Shown in pieces: positions 38,330 to 48,080 of a stretch of 64,000 nt of DNA. The notes beneath the pieces are model-generated. The model did not search any database, was not told where the DNA came from, and was given only the letters and a program-made list of their open reading frames with translations. Made by a program: the position numbers and the translations under genes. Source of the stretch: Patescibacteria group bacterium (GTDB taxonomy: Bacteria > Patescibacteriota > Minisyncoccia > Moranbacterales > UBA2206). The first letter of the stretch is position 1. Each line of letters opens with the position of its first letter. The stretch covers positions 6,384 through 70,383 of the forward strand of contig JAKLIG010000003.1 of the NCBI GenBank assembly GCA_022709735.1, written 5' to 3'.

Positions 38330-38683
38330 CTAACTCACAATAATGGCAAGTCCCAACATCAGGGCAATCAGACAAACAACGAGTATGACCAATGTTCCTT
38401 TTGAGGATTTCTGAGGCTCTGGCAAATCGATATTTATATGCGGATTGTTTCTTTGTTCATACATCATCTTTTGCCCTATCGGAGTATTTACTGGAATCAT
38501 TGTGGTGCTTCCGCATTTTGGACAAACATTTTTCCCACTGCCCCCTCGGCTCCAGATTGAATAAATAATGCCTGGGACTAGAAAAAACCACCATAAAATA
38601 AATTCGATAAAGCCATTTCCTCTCGCTTTCTTATTCGCTTCGCCTGTGTATCCGCAGATAGTGCAAATTAGTTGTGTTTCCAT
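38330..38683 (-). CDS. Membrane protein with zinc-ribbon motif
   Basis: CTICG...CPKCG pairs, two TM helices, C-terminal TM. Confidence 0.4.
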   Translation of the reverse strand: METQLICTICGYTGEANKKARGNGFIEFILWWFFLVPGIIYSIWSRGGSGKNVCPKCGSTTMIPVNTPIGQKMMYEQRNNPHINIDLPEPQKSSKGTLVILVVCLIALMLGLAIIVS

Positions 38684-38876
38684 ATTATTTATATTTATTG
38701 TTTATAAATACAAAGAGGGACAACTCCTACTTGGATTGTCCCTAGCTACTAACCAGTTACGCACCTTTCGAGAGTTGCCCCTCTCTGTGCATAACTGGCT
38801 GACGAACTTTTTATGTTCGCCTTGGTTAGTAGCTAGGTATTTTGTATTTCTATATTACGTTATAAAAGAGCCTTGG

Positions 38877-39725
38877 TCAATGTATTTCCGCCATTTTCAT
38901 TCCCTGCCTCAATTCTGGATTGGCTATATGCAAATATCGTTCTGTCGTTGAAATTGACCTGTGTCCGCACAATAGCTGGATGGTTTTCAGGTTCACTTTG
39001 TTTTCCAGCATCCGCACACAGAAGCTATGCCTGAATGAATGCACTGAAATTCCAGCCCTGTCCACTTTCGCCTTTTTGAGATAATCCTGAACCATAATCG
39101 CCACTCGTCTTTGTGTCATTCTTCCACCAGTCCTATTGGCAATCAATGGTGCCGAGACTTCTTTATTTTTCACGAAAACTTTTATTAGTTTGGCAAGTCC
39201 AGAATTTATCGGAATGATTTGTTCCATATTTCCCTTTCGCCTGATTTTTATCGTCTTGGCTTCCATATCAATATCTCCCACGCTGACGCCTGTCAGTTCT
39301 GAGAGGCGGAATCCTGTCTCCACTAAAATCCTAATCGCCACTTCTGCTCGTTTATCTTTTCTCACCGCTTGTAAAAGTTTTCTAATTTCCGACTCTTGCA
39401 AAAACATTGGCTCTTTTATCACCACCCTCGGCAATGGCAAATTTTTAGTGGGATTGTTTTTAATAACATCTTCATCTTCCAAGTATCTAAAAAAACTTCT
39501 GATGGTTGTTAGCTTGGCTCGCCTTGTTATCGGCTGATTGTTTTTTTCTGATAACGAAAAGAGGAAGGTTTTTATTCCCTCCCTCTTAACGTTCCTAATT
39601 GAACACTTACTCTTGCCTATAAACTTCCAAAACTCTATCAAATTGTCGTTGTAAACTTTAATGGTATTCGGACTCAAATTCCGTTCCTGCAGATAACTTA
39701 TAAATTGACTTATATATTCACCCAT
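38877..39725 (-). CDS. Tyrosine recombinase (XerC/D-like phage integrase)
   Basis: 282 aa. N-terminal SAM-like domain. FRLSEL, HSFRHSF, LCGHRSISTTERYLH. Confidence 0.85.
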   Translation of the reverse strand: MGEYISQFISYLQERNLSPNTIKVYNDNLIEFWKFIGKSKCSIRNVKREGIKTFLFSLSEKNNQPITRRAKLTTIRSFFRYLEDEDVIKNNPTKNLPLPRVVIKEPMFLQESEIRKLLQAVRKDKRAEVAIRILVETGFRLSELTGVSVGDIDMEAKTIKIRRKGNMEQIIPINSGLAKLIKVFVKNKEVSAPLIANRTGGRMTQRRVAIMVQDYLKKAKVDRAGISVHSFRHSFCVRMLENKVNLKTIQLLCGHRSISTTERYLHIANPELRQGMKMAEIH

Positions 39726-39797
39726 TGTGGCTATTTACTCTTTACAGCAACACGATAGCTTACACGTTTTATAAGTCAACTAAAAGTTACCCACTCC

Positions 39798-40232
39798 TCA
39801 AATGTGCCGAATTTCCAGCGGAATATGGTAATTGTCCACTGTAATTATGGATTCATAATCCGTGCCAATTTTGAAACTCTTGTCCTTTTCTCGCAGAAAG
39901 AAATTATCCAAATCGAAAAACAAAACCATTTTCTCGGTGGTGATATGTGCTTTCTCACCTATTTCTTCCACTAGAAGAAAAGTAAACATTTTCTGCAAAT
40001 CCCTTTTTAGCTCTCCGCCAAACAGCGTGAACGCAATCTGGTCATCGCTAACTTCAAAATGACATTCCGCCATAACTTTCCCTTCGTTATTTCTCAAATA
40101 ATACATTCCGCTATTTTCATCAATTTGCCTAATGCAATGTTTCAAAACAGGAAATGTCTTGTGAACATTAAACAAATTATGCGAAATCCTGCCCTCCAAA
40201 CCTCCTCTTGTAAACGCAATGGTTACAAACAT
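39798..40232 (-). CDS. Hypothetical protein
   Basis: 144 aa ORF, no recognisable domain. Confidence 0.4.
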   Translation of the reverse strand: MFVTIAFTRGGLEGRISHNLFNVHKTFPVLKHCIRQIDENSGMYYLRNNEGKVMAECHFEVSDDQIAFTLFGGELKRDLQKMFTFLLVEEIGEKAHITTEKMVLFFDLDNFFLREKDKSFKIGTDYESIITVDNYHIPLEIRHI

Positions 40233-40380
40233 AAATTTAATCTTAATAATTAAGGATACTAATAAGTGACTATTAGACCTTGCCTAATATCTCTTTGATA
40301 ATCGGCATACAGCGTAGATACCACTATTCCGAACATCACGGACATAAATATCCACGCCAACGCTACCTGCATCTTAGTGT

Positions 40381-41910
40381 TCATAGTTTCATTGTTCTCC
40401 GCCACGCTTCCAATTGGCTGAGTTGCGGAAATTTATTTTGATTATGCTCTGCCCTATTTACTCCTGCCGTGACTTTTACTTCTAACTTTTCTTCTCTTTT
40501 TAGTTGCTCTTCAAATTCCTCCATCGTTGGACTCTCTGAAATTAAAACTCCAGCCGTTGGTTTTCGCACGCTCGCCACTTGCATCAAAGCTATCGACAAT
40601 GCCATTGCGTGGTCAGAGAATTGCGAACTGGGATGGTCGAAGCGATAGCCGTAGCTCTTCTGCTCTAAATTCAGCGAGAGCAGTTCCCTTTCCAGTTCTT
40701 TGTGAGGTGGAAATTTTACTAGTCCGTTGTGGATGAAATAATATAAATTGCGACTTAGCTTTTCCACGTTGGAACCGCTGAATGTAAACTCCTCTATACG
40801 ACAATGCCGTTTAAGCCGTTCTATCGTTCCTTTGAGATTCCAAGGGTCAACTATGATTTTTAATCTGGTAAAATTCTGCGATGCCAGAAGCATATCCTCT
40901 TCAATGTCCGCTATTTTTACTGGGTCTGTTTTCGTTCCCTGCCAAGCTGTGATTTTATCCACGATGACCATTCCATCTTTTTCTTGGTGGAGAATAACTG
41001 CCACGCTCTTATCTTTTACCAGACCAAGGTCGCATCCATAAAAATACTGGTTGCCCTCTTCGCCTTTGAATTTTGGCTTCATAAATTCGTCTCGGCACTG
41101 CATTACATCTTCTCTGGTGAAAAACGAGTTTTCTCCCCCTGTCCAACGATTTTCCCAAAACCTCTGAAACACTGCTGGTGGAAGTTCTCGTCTTCTCTCT
41201 TCGATAAATTCTTTACTTATCCAACTTACTTCTGGAACGTGCGACCAATGAAAATACATCTTTGGATTTTCCTTGTTGAGTCCTTTTTCGTAAAGCGAAT
41301 AGAGCGGAGTTACGGTGGATGTTCCAGCGTAGGTAACAATAAAGCGGAGAGGCTGTTTTCTGGTCGGTGAAAATTGTAAGGCATCCAATAAGTCTCTATT
41401 TTTCTGATTCCAGATTTCATCTCCTATAACACAGCTAGGGTCTAATCCGTGAGCCGAAAAACTTTCCGCACTCAAAACTTTGTAAACACTGCCTGTGCTG
41501 GGAACGACAATCTTGTCTCGGTATATTTTGACACTGCCCAGTAGGATTGGGTTTCGTTCAATGGCTTTCTTGGTTTTTTCCCAAATGATGGACGCTTGGT
41601 CTTGGGAATACGCAATCGAGTAGACATTGTTCGGTTCATCGAATATCTCGTCACAGAAGAGCATAAACAACGCCACACCGCTTGCCAGACTAGACTTCCC
41701 TGATTTCTTTATCATTCCCACCAGAGCGTCAGTATATATCCTTAGCCCATTCTTACCTTTGGTTTTGAATATATCGTTCAGAATTTTTCTCTGAACTGGC
41801 TCTAGAACTATTGTCTTTCCGCTTTCCAGAAAATACTGTTCTTCCAGAAACACGCAGATGTCATTTTGATACTCAATCAATTTTTCAGTTGTTATCGGTT
41901 GTATTTTCAT
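40381..41910 (-). CDS. Phage terminase large subunit
   Basis: 509 aa. Walker A KKSGKSSLASGVAL. Walker B CVIGDEIW. C-terminal nuclease-type Asp motifs (IIVDPWN). Confidence 0.75.
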   Translation of the reverse strand: MKIQPITTEKLIEYQNDICVFLEEQYFLESGKTIVLEPVQRKILNDIFKTKGKNGLRIYTDALVGMIKKSGKSSLASGVALFMLFCDEIFDEPNNVYSIAYSQDQASIIWEKTKKAIERNPILLGSVKIYRDKIVVPSTGSVYKVLSAESFSAHGLDPSCVIGDEIWNQKNRDLLDALQFSPTRKQPLRFIVTYAGTSTVTPLYSLYEKGLNKENPKMYFHWSHVPEVSWISKEFIEERRRELPPAVFQRFWENRWTGGENSFFTREDVMQCRDEFMKPKFKGEEGNQYFYGCDLGLVKDKSVAVILHQEKDGMVIVDKITAWQGTKTDPVKIADIEEDMLLASQNFTRLKIIVDPWNLKGTIERLKRHCRIEEFTFSGSNVEKLSRNLYYFIHNGLVKFPPHKELERELLSLNLEQKSYGYRFDHPSSQFSDHAMALSIALMQVASVRKPTAGVLISESPTMEEFEEQLKREEKLEVKVTAGVNRAEHNQNKFPQLSQLEAWRRTMKL

Positions 41911-42484
41911 CGTCTTCAGGAATTATTACTCGTGCTGTTTGATTGTTTATGGGTCTCGCTTTTTGCAAGGCTTCCGCAAAACAAAAACTTTGCACATTTG
42001 TTAAGTTTAATCTTGCTCTTGCCTGCGGTGTGATGCCCAATGTCTCAGCCAACTTCATTACGACACGCTCCACATTATTTTTGTATGCCAGAATAGGTTG
42101 AATATCCAAGCCATCGTCTTTAGCCTGAAACGGACCCACATTTGATACCCAGCGTTCGATAATCAATAGAAAGCAAAAGTTTTTAACAAATCTGTCCACA
42201 ATGAATTTATCGATGGGTCGGATATAATCCAGTCCTATAATTTCCGAATATACCTCATCTTGGAGTTCCAAAATTGCTCGGCATTGCTTCTGGTCTTTTT
42301 GATATTGCTTGCACTCCGAAGAAAAGATGCATTGATTACAGCTCGGAACTGGAGCAACATTAGTTTTGAAGAATTCAAAGGCTCCGTGTTTTCTTTGCAC
42401 TTGCAAATTTTTCTTAACAGCCTCCAGTCCTGCCTCACTGAAGTTATAACCTGCGGTTTTCAATTTTCTATTACGCCTGGTCAT
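41885..42484 (-). CDS. Phage terminase small subunit (P27-like)
   Basis: LGITPQARARL signature. Overlaps and precedes terL. Confidence 0.55.
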   Translation of the reverse strand: MTRRNRKLKTAGYNFSEAGLEAVKKNLQVQRKHGAFEFFKTNVAPVPSCNQCIFSSECKQYQKDQKQCRAILELQDEVYSEIIGLDYIRPIDKFIVDRFVKNFCFLLIIERWVSNVGPFQAKDDGLDIQPILAYKNNVERVVMKLAETLGITPQARARLNLTNVQSFCFAEALQKARPINNQTARVIIPEDDENTTDNN

Positions 42485-43115
42485 TTTCTGGTTTTTGCTT
42501 TAAGTAAAGGTCGCAGATATAAAACAACTTCTCGCCTTTATTTTTGCCGATAGCTATTTCCAACGCTTCGTTTATCCTTTTCACTTGTTCTGGGTAAACC
42601 GCAAATGTCATAGCTTGGGGCAACTCTTTTTCTCTTTCATCCGCATCTTGCTTTAGCTTATCCATAAATTCTTTCGTAACCTGCGTGATAGCTAAAGTGT
42701 CCTTGAGTCTTTCGGCTGAACAGCCAAGTTTAACGCTCAGCTCATCCAACGTGAATTTTTGATTAAGTTCCGAAACAATGCTTGCTAGTTTGGTCGGACT
42801 CATTTCCCCTCGTTTACTGTTCCAAGCGATGGTCAGTATCTTTTTGTGGTCTTCGTCTTTGGGATTAAATCTTACAGTCGGAACTTTTTCAAATCCTAAA
42901 ATTTTTGCCGCTCGCCAACGGTGCTCTCCGTCAATAATTTCGTTATTATCGTCAATAATTATCGGTTGACCAACGAAGCCATTTTCCTTAAAATCTTCGA
43001 CCAAGGAATTAAAGGCATCGTCCGTCATAATGTTCGGATTATACGTGTTTGGCTTTAACATTTCTATCTCTACTAACTGAACGTCTGAATAAATTTTGTA
43101 TTGGTTTTCGCTCAT
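42471..43115 (-). CDS. ParB-like nuclease domain protein
   Basis: ParB/Srx fold motif IIDGEHRWRAA. Confidence 0.7.
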   Translation of the reverse strand: MSENQYKIYSDVQLVEIEMLKPNTYNPNIMTDDAFNSLVEDFKENGFVGQPIIIDDNNEIIDGEHRWRAAKILGFEKVPTVRFNPKDEDHKKILTIAWNSKRGEMSPTKLASIVSELNQKFTLDELSVKLGCSAERLKDTLAITQVTKEFMDKLKQDADEREKELPQAMTFAVYPEQVKRINEALEIAIGKNKGEKLFYICDLYLKQKPENDQA

Positions 43116-43119
43116 AAAA

Positions 43120-44172
43120 TTAATCTGTTACTAGAATATATTCGCAATTATTCTCTTGCCTGCCTGACTTGGCGATATTTGCAATCGCCCATTGGTGCTT
43201 GAGCGTAATCAGTCTCGCATTGGGTTTGTATCTCTGAAGCACCCCTAATAACTCTTCACCCTTTATCCCTGAATCGGAGTTGGGATTGTATCCCATACTC
43301 ACCACGAAGTTCTCAATGAAACTGGCTTTTTCAAATAATCTGTCGAAATTTTCCAGAGCGTTGTTTTTGTTGAACGCTGTGTCATCAATTTCTACATTCA
43401 GTTTTTGTTCCAAAATCTGGTCTAAAATTTTGTAGTGAGAACTATAAATCTGCGAGCCTCGGTAGGGGCTATCCATATAGACCGTGTCAATTTTCCGATT
43501 TTCTTTTCTCAATTTATCCAGAAGGTCAAAACAATCCGTCTGGTAAATTTCGTGCTCTTCGCCATTATTGAAAATAGCTCGGTTAATTTTATTTTTGATT
43601 GCCACCAATCTTTTGTATTCTGGCTGAATACTAGCTGCAATTTTCTCTGCCCTCGCCTCACTACTTACGCTTTCAATCAGTTCCACAATTCTACCCTGCA
43701 TAACCATTTCGTTGTCCTTCTTTCCCACCTGAAAACCGCCAAATTGTCGCCCTGAAAGGATAAACTTGCTTAGCAGGTATTCAAGCTGTTCCCTTTTTGG
43801 AGATTCATATTGCTTAGCCCTAGCAAACCCATTGTCCAAGACTTTCGCAGTTTCAGGTAGAAAAATCTCTGGCACAAAATTCTTCTGAATGAATCCGTTA
43901 TTTTCTAATGGAACGAATAAACTTGCCACATCTTCTTCTGAGATTCTGACATTATTATTGGCGATGACAGCTATTCCAAAAATTTTACTGCGTCTCGCAA
44001 CGTCTCCACCAATTATCTTCATCCCCATAACCTTTCCCCTGAGAGAGACAGCTCCAGAACCCATAAAGAGGTCAAGCAAAACATTACCTCTAAAATATGG
44101 GCTAATGGAATCTAATAATTTCGATTTTGAACCCAGGAATGGCATCAAAACCTGATAAATCTTACTTGCCAT
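43120..44172 (-). CDS. DNA N6-adenine methyltransferase (orphan, phage-type)
   Basis: Motif I LDLFMGSGAVS. Motif IV DSPY (DPPY-type). No adjacent restriction endonuclease. Confidence 0.55.
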   Translation of the reverse strand: MASKIYQVLMPFLGSKSKLLDSISPYFRGNVLLDLFMGSGAVSLRGKVMGMKIIGGDVARRSKIFGIAVIANNNVRISEEDVASLFVPLENNGFIQKNFVPEIFLPETAKVLDNGFARAKQYESPKREQLEYLLSKFILSGRQFGGFQVGKKDNEMVMQGRIVELIESVSSEARAEKIAASIQPEYKRLVAIKNKINRAIFNNGEEHEIYQTDCFDLLDKLRKENRKIDTVYMDSPYRGSQIYSSHYKILDQILEQKLNVEIDDTAFNKNNALENFDRLFEKASFIENFVVSMGYNPNSDSGIKGEELLGVLQRYKPNARLITLKHQWAIANIAKSGRQENNCEYILVTD

Positions 44173-44377
44173 CGGTTTTTTTCTCGGTTTTGTCAGCTTC
44201 TGCTAGACTTTCGACCAAAAATCTGCACGCCACAGCGATTGTCATTGATTTTGATTGTCTCAATGCTTTTTCAGCTTCTAAGATTGGCAATCGTTCTTTT
44301 TCGCTGAACACGATATAGTCTTGGCGTTTTTTTGAATCGCCAGACAACTCATTGATTATCTCTTCAATTTTTCTCAT
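44162..44377 (-). CDS. Hypothetical small protein
   Basis: 71 aa ORF in the phage-like gene string. Confidence 0.3.
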   Translation of the reverse strand: MRKIEEIINELSGDSKKRQDYIVFSEKERLPILEAEKALRQSKSMTIAVACRFLVESLAEADKTEKKTDGK

Positions 44378-44397
44378 ATTAGTTTTTCTTTTAGTAA

Positions 44398-44856
44398 TTA
44401 TTTTCTGCTCGTAACTCGTAGACTCTTATACTTTTTGCTTCCTCGCAATGCTCGACTCAATACGCCACGAGGCAGTTTCATCTCCAGCTCTGCTTTTCTG
44501 GCTGAAGCAAACTCTATTACTCTATCTCCATTTATTATCACGATTGATTTTCCATTGGTGCGGTTTTTGGCTTTCTGAGTTGTCCAGCAGATATTGTCTG
44601 CCATATAACCCTTAGTTAAATTCATACGCTGAGGAACTGGAGCTAACTTTTTATCAAAATGGCTGTCATAATAATCGTTGTAGATTTTCCGAAAAACATC
44701 GTCCGACTGACTGAATGATTTGAAAATTCTCTGAGGTAAAATTTCCAAGCCTTGCTTGATTGCCTCAAATTTCATCTTGGCATACCTGAGAGTCAAAATC
44801 CGTTTTTCGTTTTTGATATAATCATCCATAAATTTGTCGCCTTTTGAATCGTCCAT
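44398..44856 (-). CDS. HNH-like endonuclease/DNA-binding protein
   Basis: NLTKGYMADNICWTTQKAKNRTN resembles an HNH_3 motif. Weak call. Confidence 0.35.
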   Translation of the reverse strand: MDDSKGDKFMDDYIKNEKRILTLRYAKMKFEAIKQGLEILPQRIFKSFSQSDDVFRKIYNDYYDSHFDKKLAPVPQRMNLTKGYMADNICWTTQKAKNRTNGKSIVIINGDRVIEFASARKAELEMKLPRGVLSRALRGSKKYKSLRVTSRK

Positions 44857-44865
44857 CAGCTAGAC

Positions 44866-45102
44866 CTACCAATCAAGGTCATTTATCTGCTTTTCAATTT
44901 CAGTCTGCTCGCTTGTTTTCTTTCTGAAATAGAAGTTCGGACTTTTCTCGCTTTTTCGATTTTTGCTTTTGAACGCCACAGCATTAAAAATTTCTCCGCT
45001 GGGAACCACCACCCTGAGGGACAAAAATTGTTCTCCTTGTTTGGTTTTTCTTATCCAGACCGAACACTCGGCACACTCTGGAATTTCGTCATAGTTACTC
45101 AT
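44866..45102 (-). CDS. Hypothetical protein
   Basis: 78 aa, CxxC pair. Confidence 0.3.
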   Translation of the reverse strand: MSNYDEIPECAECSVWIRKTKQGEQFLSLRVVVPSGEIFNAVAFKSKNRKSEKSPNFYFRKKTSEQTEIEKQINDLDW

Positions 45103-45234
45103 ACCTTTTATTTGATTAAAAATTATTGCTAAATTCCTGCGATTTGCACACTGATTTTTGGCTAGGGTATATCAACCTATACTGAACGGCTTTACGCCTC
45201 TAAAACCGTGGAAGACCCCTGGCAAAATCTAACG

Positions 45235-45522
45235 CTAATCTCCCAGTAGTTCTGTCATCCGCTTCTCTGCCTTCTTTATGCAGTCGACTAAATCTTTCAG
45301 CGATTTCAATTCTTCTTCTGAATACACAGGAGCATTAGCCACAAAATCTCTGAGAGCACTGCCAACTGTCGGAAAATATCCTCCGAGTATCCACTTCCAT
45401 TCGCTTTTCGCTTGTGAACCATCTGGTTTTGCCCCAGCTCTGACTCTATATTCCAGCGTGTAGTTGTTATCCTCAACTGACATTCTGGCATAATCGGTTA
45501 TTTTGATTGGGTTTTTTATCAT
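45235..45522 (-). CDS. Hypothetical protein
   Basis: 95 aa ORF. Confidence 0.3.
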   Translation of the reverse strand: MIKNPIKITDYARMSVEDNNYTLEYRVRAGAKPDGSQAKSEWKWILGGYFPTVGSALRDFVANAPVYSEEELKSLKDLVDCIKKAEKRMTELLGD

Positions 45523-45702
45523 ACTTTTTACTCTGAATGATTGATATAATCTCGTAGCTCATAGACTCTTACCTCAGAAATTAGAGAATTAACTAAATGC
45601 GAGGCACTCGCACTTTTATTATTTATATGGTCATATACAGAACAGATACAGAATATAAATAATAAAAGATTCTAAACTATCTTCTATACTATCTTCTAAT
45701 GA

Positions 45703-46116
45703 TTACCAATCTATCGCTTCAGGTTTGTGACTGGGTTGGTGTTCAGGTTTACCGTTCGGTTTACTTTGGCTATCGGTTGGTTTTGGCTCTAACAAGGATA
45801 TTTCCAGCTTTCCGTATGTTCCCTTTTTGGTTCTCTCTTGTTTCCGTTTGATAATTTTCAAATCTACAAACTCATTGAATATATTTCTCAGTGTCGTATA
45901 TCCGACTCCAGCCATCTCCATAACTTTCACTCCCCAAGTTTCATATTCATCCGCTGAAGAATCACTGGCAACTTGAGTCAGAACCGTATAGACCGCTGTT
46001 CTGGACGTGAGTTTTTGACCTTTATACTTTTTCTGTATCAGCCTTAATATATCCTTACTCTGCCAACAAAAAGGATTGTCCCTAAATACTCTAACTTTTA
46101 TATTTTCTTTGCTCAT
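45703..46116 (-). CDS. Hypothetical DNA-binding-like protein
   Basis: 137 aa. Basic, possible winged HTH (LTSRTAVYTVLTQV). Confidence 0.35.
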   Translation of the reverse strand: MSKENIKVRVFRDNPFCWQSKDILRLIQKKYKGQKLTSRTAVYTVLTQVASDSSADEYETWGVKVMEMAGVGYTTLRNIFNEFVDLKIIKRKQERTKKGTYGKLEISLLEPKPTDSQSKPNGKPEHQPSHKPEAIDW

Positions 46117-46395
46117 AAATTTCGGACAGAAAAAGGGCTACACGTTGAGAGAATAGCCCTATGTCTGACCTCAACGTTAATTATTTTCACTATTTGCTCA
46201 TACAAACAAAAAGAGCCAGAGAAACCAAGCGAAATAAATTCACTAAATTTCTCCGACTCTTAACTGCAAGCCAAACTCATTGCTCAGTCATATGTATCGT
46301 GTTTGGTTTGCTTGGAAACTTGGAAGTTTCCTATGCTATTGTGCCTTAATTATATCAAAGTCACAACCAGTGTCAAGAGTCATTTTTCTAACTTG

Positions 46396-47196
46396 TCAAT
46401 TTTTGAAGATATTTGTGTCCTTTAGCTTCTCAAATTCTTTGCCTTTTATTTTGACGTGGAATCTTATTCCGTTCTTTTTGCAAAACTTGGCAAGAGTTTC
46501 CGAACATTCCAAATAAAATTTATCCTTGTTTGGATATGCTGATACTTGCGAGTTATAATTCCAAGAACCGAAGACTATTTTGTCCACAAATTTAATTTTC
46601 TCCAATAACTTCAGAAAATCTTGCTCAATAATGTTGGGGGTCGGATATGGCTCAATACTCACCCAAGTCTTCAGACCTTTATCGTGCAGATATTTAAGAG
46701 TCTCTAATCTCTTGCCGACTGGTGACGCCCCTGGCTCATACATTTTCTGGAATTCTGGGTCTAGAGAAACTAGCGTGATGCCATATTCGTTCTTTTTGCT
46801 GTATTTATCATCCGCTAATTCTTTCGGACAAATTCCCTTTGTAAGCGTTGTTACTCTGATGCCGTTTTTGTTCAGTCTAAAAATTATTTCTAATGACAAC
46901 TCTTTTATTTCTTCCTGCTTAAACATAAAAGGGTCAGTTGAAAAACAAAGATGCACCGCTTTGATTTTATCCTTGAGTTTGGAAATTTCTTTATCCAATA
47001 ACTCCAGTGCGTTTTTTACTAACTTCGGTTTAATCCATTCGGCATAATCTTTGATTTTCCCATACCGTATTTTCTGCATCATCTCGTAGCAGGGAAATTT
47101 GCATCCGTGAGAACAGCCCTCAATGTGATTAAGGCTGTAGTCTCCATAATTCACCTTGCTTTTATAGAGCAAAGATTTTCTTGTGATTGATTTCAT
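46396..47196 (-). CDS. Radical-SAM-like protein with non-canonical Cys motif (CxxxCxxxC)
   Basis: IEGCSHGCKFPCY cluster near the N-terminus. Loosely resembles SplB/DNA photolyase-type radical SAM proteins. Confidence 0.4.
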   Translation of the reverse strand: MKSITRKSLLYKSKVNYGDYSLNHIEGCSHGCKFPCYEMMQKIRYGKIKDYAEWIKPKLVKNALELLDKEISKLKDKIKAVHLCFSTDPFMFKQEEIKELSLEIIFRLNKNGIRVTTLTKGICPKELADDKYSKKNEYGITLVSLDPEFQKMYEPGASPVGKRLETLKYLHDKGLKTWVSIEPYPTPNIIEQDFLKLLEKIKFVDKIVFGSWNYNSQVSAYPNKDKFYLECSETLAKFCKKNGIRFHVKIKGKEFEKLKDTNIFKN

Positions 47197-47269
47197 AAAC
47201 TCTTCGTTAATTTGTTAATGTTTAGTTTGTATCTGGAAAATAGCTGCAGTCTATCTTCCAGAATACTGA

Positions 47270-47506
47270 CTAATCCTCGTTGGCGTAGTAATACTCTCCG
47301 TCCTTATGACATAGGTCTTCGCCTGACTCAATCCACGCCAGTGCCCTGCGAAATCTAGCCTCATCCCTCATTCCAGACAGGGCAAATAATTCTATTCGAC
47401 TACTGCCTGGAAATTCAACCATCAGGCTGTAAATGTTTTCCGCCTCGGCACTTCGCATATCAATTATCTTATCCTCGGTATTAGTCTTTTCCTTTTCGTT
47501 CTTCAT
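47270..47506 (-). CDS. Hypothetical protein
   Basis: 78 aa ORF. Confidence 0.3.
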   Translation of the reverse strand: MKNEKEKTNTEDKIIDMRSAEAENIYSLMVEFPGSSRIELFALSGMRDEARFRRALAWIESGEDLCHKDGEYYYANED

Positions 47507-47541
47507 AATTTTTCACCTCCTTCTAGTTAAATTATTAACAC

Positions 47542-47775
47542 TTAGCGTCCGCTTGTCTGAGTTAAAAATTCCACTTTTTCATTTTTATTGTTCCATCTTG
47601 AGTCGATACTGCCTTCTTCGTATAGCGAAGCCATAGCCAGAAGAAAGTAGTATTCGTGGTCACCGAACATTTCGAAGATTTCATCAAAACTGCAGATGGG
47701 ATAATTTCCTATAATTTTTCGCAGTTCTTCCTTATTTTCTTCGTGGTTTTTCTTACTTGGTTTTTTGATTTTCAT
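47542..47775 (-). CDS. Hypothetical protein
   Basis: 77 aa ORF preceded by repeat element R1. Confidence 0.3.
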   Translation of the reverse strand: MKIKKPSKKNHEENKEELRKIIGNYPICSFDEIFEMFGDHEYYFLLAMASLYEEGSIDSRWNNKNEKVEFLTQTSGR

Positions 47776-47790
47776 AATTTTATTAGTTTA

Positions 47791-47850
47791 GTTATTTATC
47801 GCTTCTTTTAGAGTCGCTTCCAGTTGCCCAGAAGTTACGAAGCATTGCGA
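47791..47850 (-). promoter_or_regulatory. Repeat element R1 (about 50 nt, hairpin-containing) upstream of ORF 47542..47775
   Basis: About 85% identical to 48081-48143. Contains a nested inverted repeat agtcgc...gcttc...gaagcgact. Confidence 0.45.
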
Positions 47851-48048
47851 CTATTTAGCTACTTCACTTACCCAGTTTTTTGGGGCTTCGTCCCAATAGC
47901 CATTGAGAAATGCTGTTGCACCGCACCTAAGGCACCTGAGTTCCAACTCTAACTCATCAAAGTTGCCATTTATTTCGTCATCACACTGATAGCTAGTATC
48001 CCAAATGTGTTGTCCCTCCTTTTTACACACTTTTTCATTTTTAGTCAT
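47851..48048 (-). CDS. Hypothetical Cys-rich small protein
   Basis: 65 aa. CKKEG...CDD...CLRCG. Confidence 0.3.
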   Translation of the reverse strand: MTKNEKVCKKEGQHIWDTSYQCDDEINGNFDELELELRCLRCGATAFLNGYWDEAPKNWVSEVAK

Positions 48049-48080
48049 ACTTTTTAATGTTAAATTTAATTATTTTACTT

